From NCBI GenBank assembly GCA_964016885.1, contig OZ024745.1:4278001-4342000 (forward strand): a DNA stretch of 64,000 nt, given 5' to 3'. The position numbers were made by a program, and so were the translations under genes. Below are positions 63,501 through 64,000 of this stretch, in pieces. A model generated the notes under the pieces. It saw nothing but the letters and a program-made list of their open reading frames with translations, searched no databases and was not told the DNA's origin. Within the stretch, counting starts at the first letter, position 1. Each line of letters begins with the position of its first letter. This DNA comes from Eledone cirrhosa (lineage: Eukaryota).

Positions 63501-64000
63501 AGATTGCAGTGAACTGGAATAAAGTGATAGTGCAGTGAACTGAAATAAAGTGAGAGTGCAGTGAACTGGAATAAAGTGAGAGTGCAGTGAACTGGAATAA
63601 AGTGAGAGTGCAGTGAACCAGAATAAAGTGAGAGTGCAGTGAACCAGAATAAAGTGAGAGTGCAGTGAACTGGAATAAAGTGAGAGTGCAGTGAACCAGA
63701 ATAAAATGAGAGTGCAGTGAACTGGAATAAAGTGAGTGCAGTGAATCAGAATAAAGTGAGAGTGCAGTGAACCAGAATAAAGTGAGAGTGCAGTGAACCA
63801 GAATAAAATGAGAGTGCAGTGAACTGGAATAAAGTGAGAGTGCTGTGAATCAGAATAAAGTGAGAGTGCAGTGAACTGGAATAAAGTGAGAGCGCAGTGA
63901 ACTGGAATAAAGTGAGAGTGCAGTGAACCAGAATAAAGTGAGAGTGCAGTGAACTGGAATAAAGTGAGAGCGCAGTGAACCAGAATAAAGTGAGAGTGCA
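57571..64000 (+). repeat. Diverged satellite domain lacking the 7-kb HOR; contains a ~1.5-kb (57-61 monomer) duplication and two 24-bp monomers
   Basis: Many variants that are absent or rare upstream (GGACT 59015/59873, GACTAAAG 60971, GAGCTG 60991, TGCAATG, ACTGAAAT, GTGTACT 62521, GAAAAAAG 62633). AGTTCA at 61711/63191 (offset 1,480). 24-bp units at 62141/63725 (offset 1,584). Confidence 0.85.

Larger units (their letters stand above)
1..64000 (+). repeat. Satellite DNA: tandem array of a 26-bp monomer GAATAAAGTGAGAGTGCAGTGAA(CTG/CCA/TCA), about 2,461 copies, running to both window edges
   Basis: Every line consists of this monomer. Units start at 1+26k (e.g. 781, 1561, 24181, 61621, 62141). 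Single orientation throughout, with no intervening unique sequence. Confidence 0.99.

Noticed and set aside
1-64000. CRISPR array (repeat of CRISPR-like length with a partial dyad)
   Set aside because: Monomers abut directly, with no spacers, leader or cas genes.
1-64000. Telomerase-made long telomeric repeat or reverse-transcriptase concatemer (DRT2/neo-like endless ORF)
   Set aside because: Synthesis from one short template would not preserve ordered kb-scale patterns of inherited variants. The monomer resembles no telomeric repeat I recognise, and no enzyme gene is present in the window.
1-64000. G-quadruplex potential or a CENP-B box
   Set aside because: The consensus has no G3 runs and I see no match to the CENP-B box core.
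1-64000. Assignment to a species or named satellite family, or definite centromere status
   Set aside because: There is no flanking unique sequence and I do not recognise the monomer. A database search and chromatin data are required.

Overview
The whole 64-kb window is one uninterrupted, head-to-tail satellite array of a 26-bp monomer (consensus GAATAAAGTGAGAGTGCAGTGAACTG; about 2,461 copies; 19 of 26 bases are purines on +). I see no genes, RNA genes, transposons, CRISPR spacers, inversions or unique sequence, and all listed ORFs are by-products of the repeat. The information lies in the variants. (i) The monomer tail alternates among CTG, CCA and TCA (rarely CTA or CCG). (ii) Rare point variants reveal a nested higher-order repeat (HOR) of about 7 kb (268-280 monomers) in two sub-lineages, with duplications and deletions that are always whole monomers. 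(iii) The 26-bp register holds for 62,140 bp. (iv) The HOR breaks down at about 57.6 kb into a more diverged domain with a repeat of about 1.5 kb and the only two indels. The monomer core AGTGCA-G-TGAAC(T/C) is a 13-bp quasi-palindrome matching the IR-1 nuclear-receptor (hsp27 EcRE-type) element. The two main tail variants are the two deamination products of a CpG. The organism and function (centromeric, subtelomeric or other) cannot be determined from this window. Coordinates were derived by eye from marker variants.
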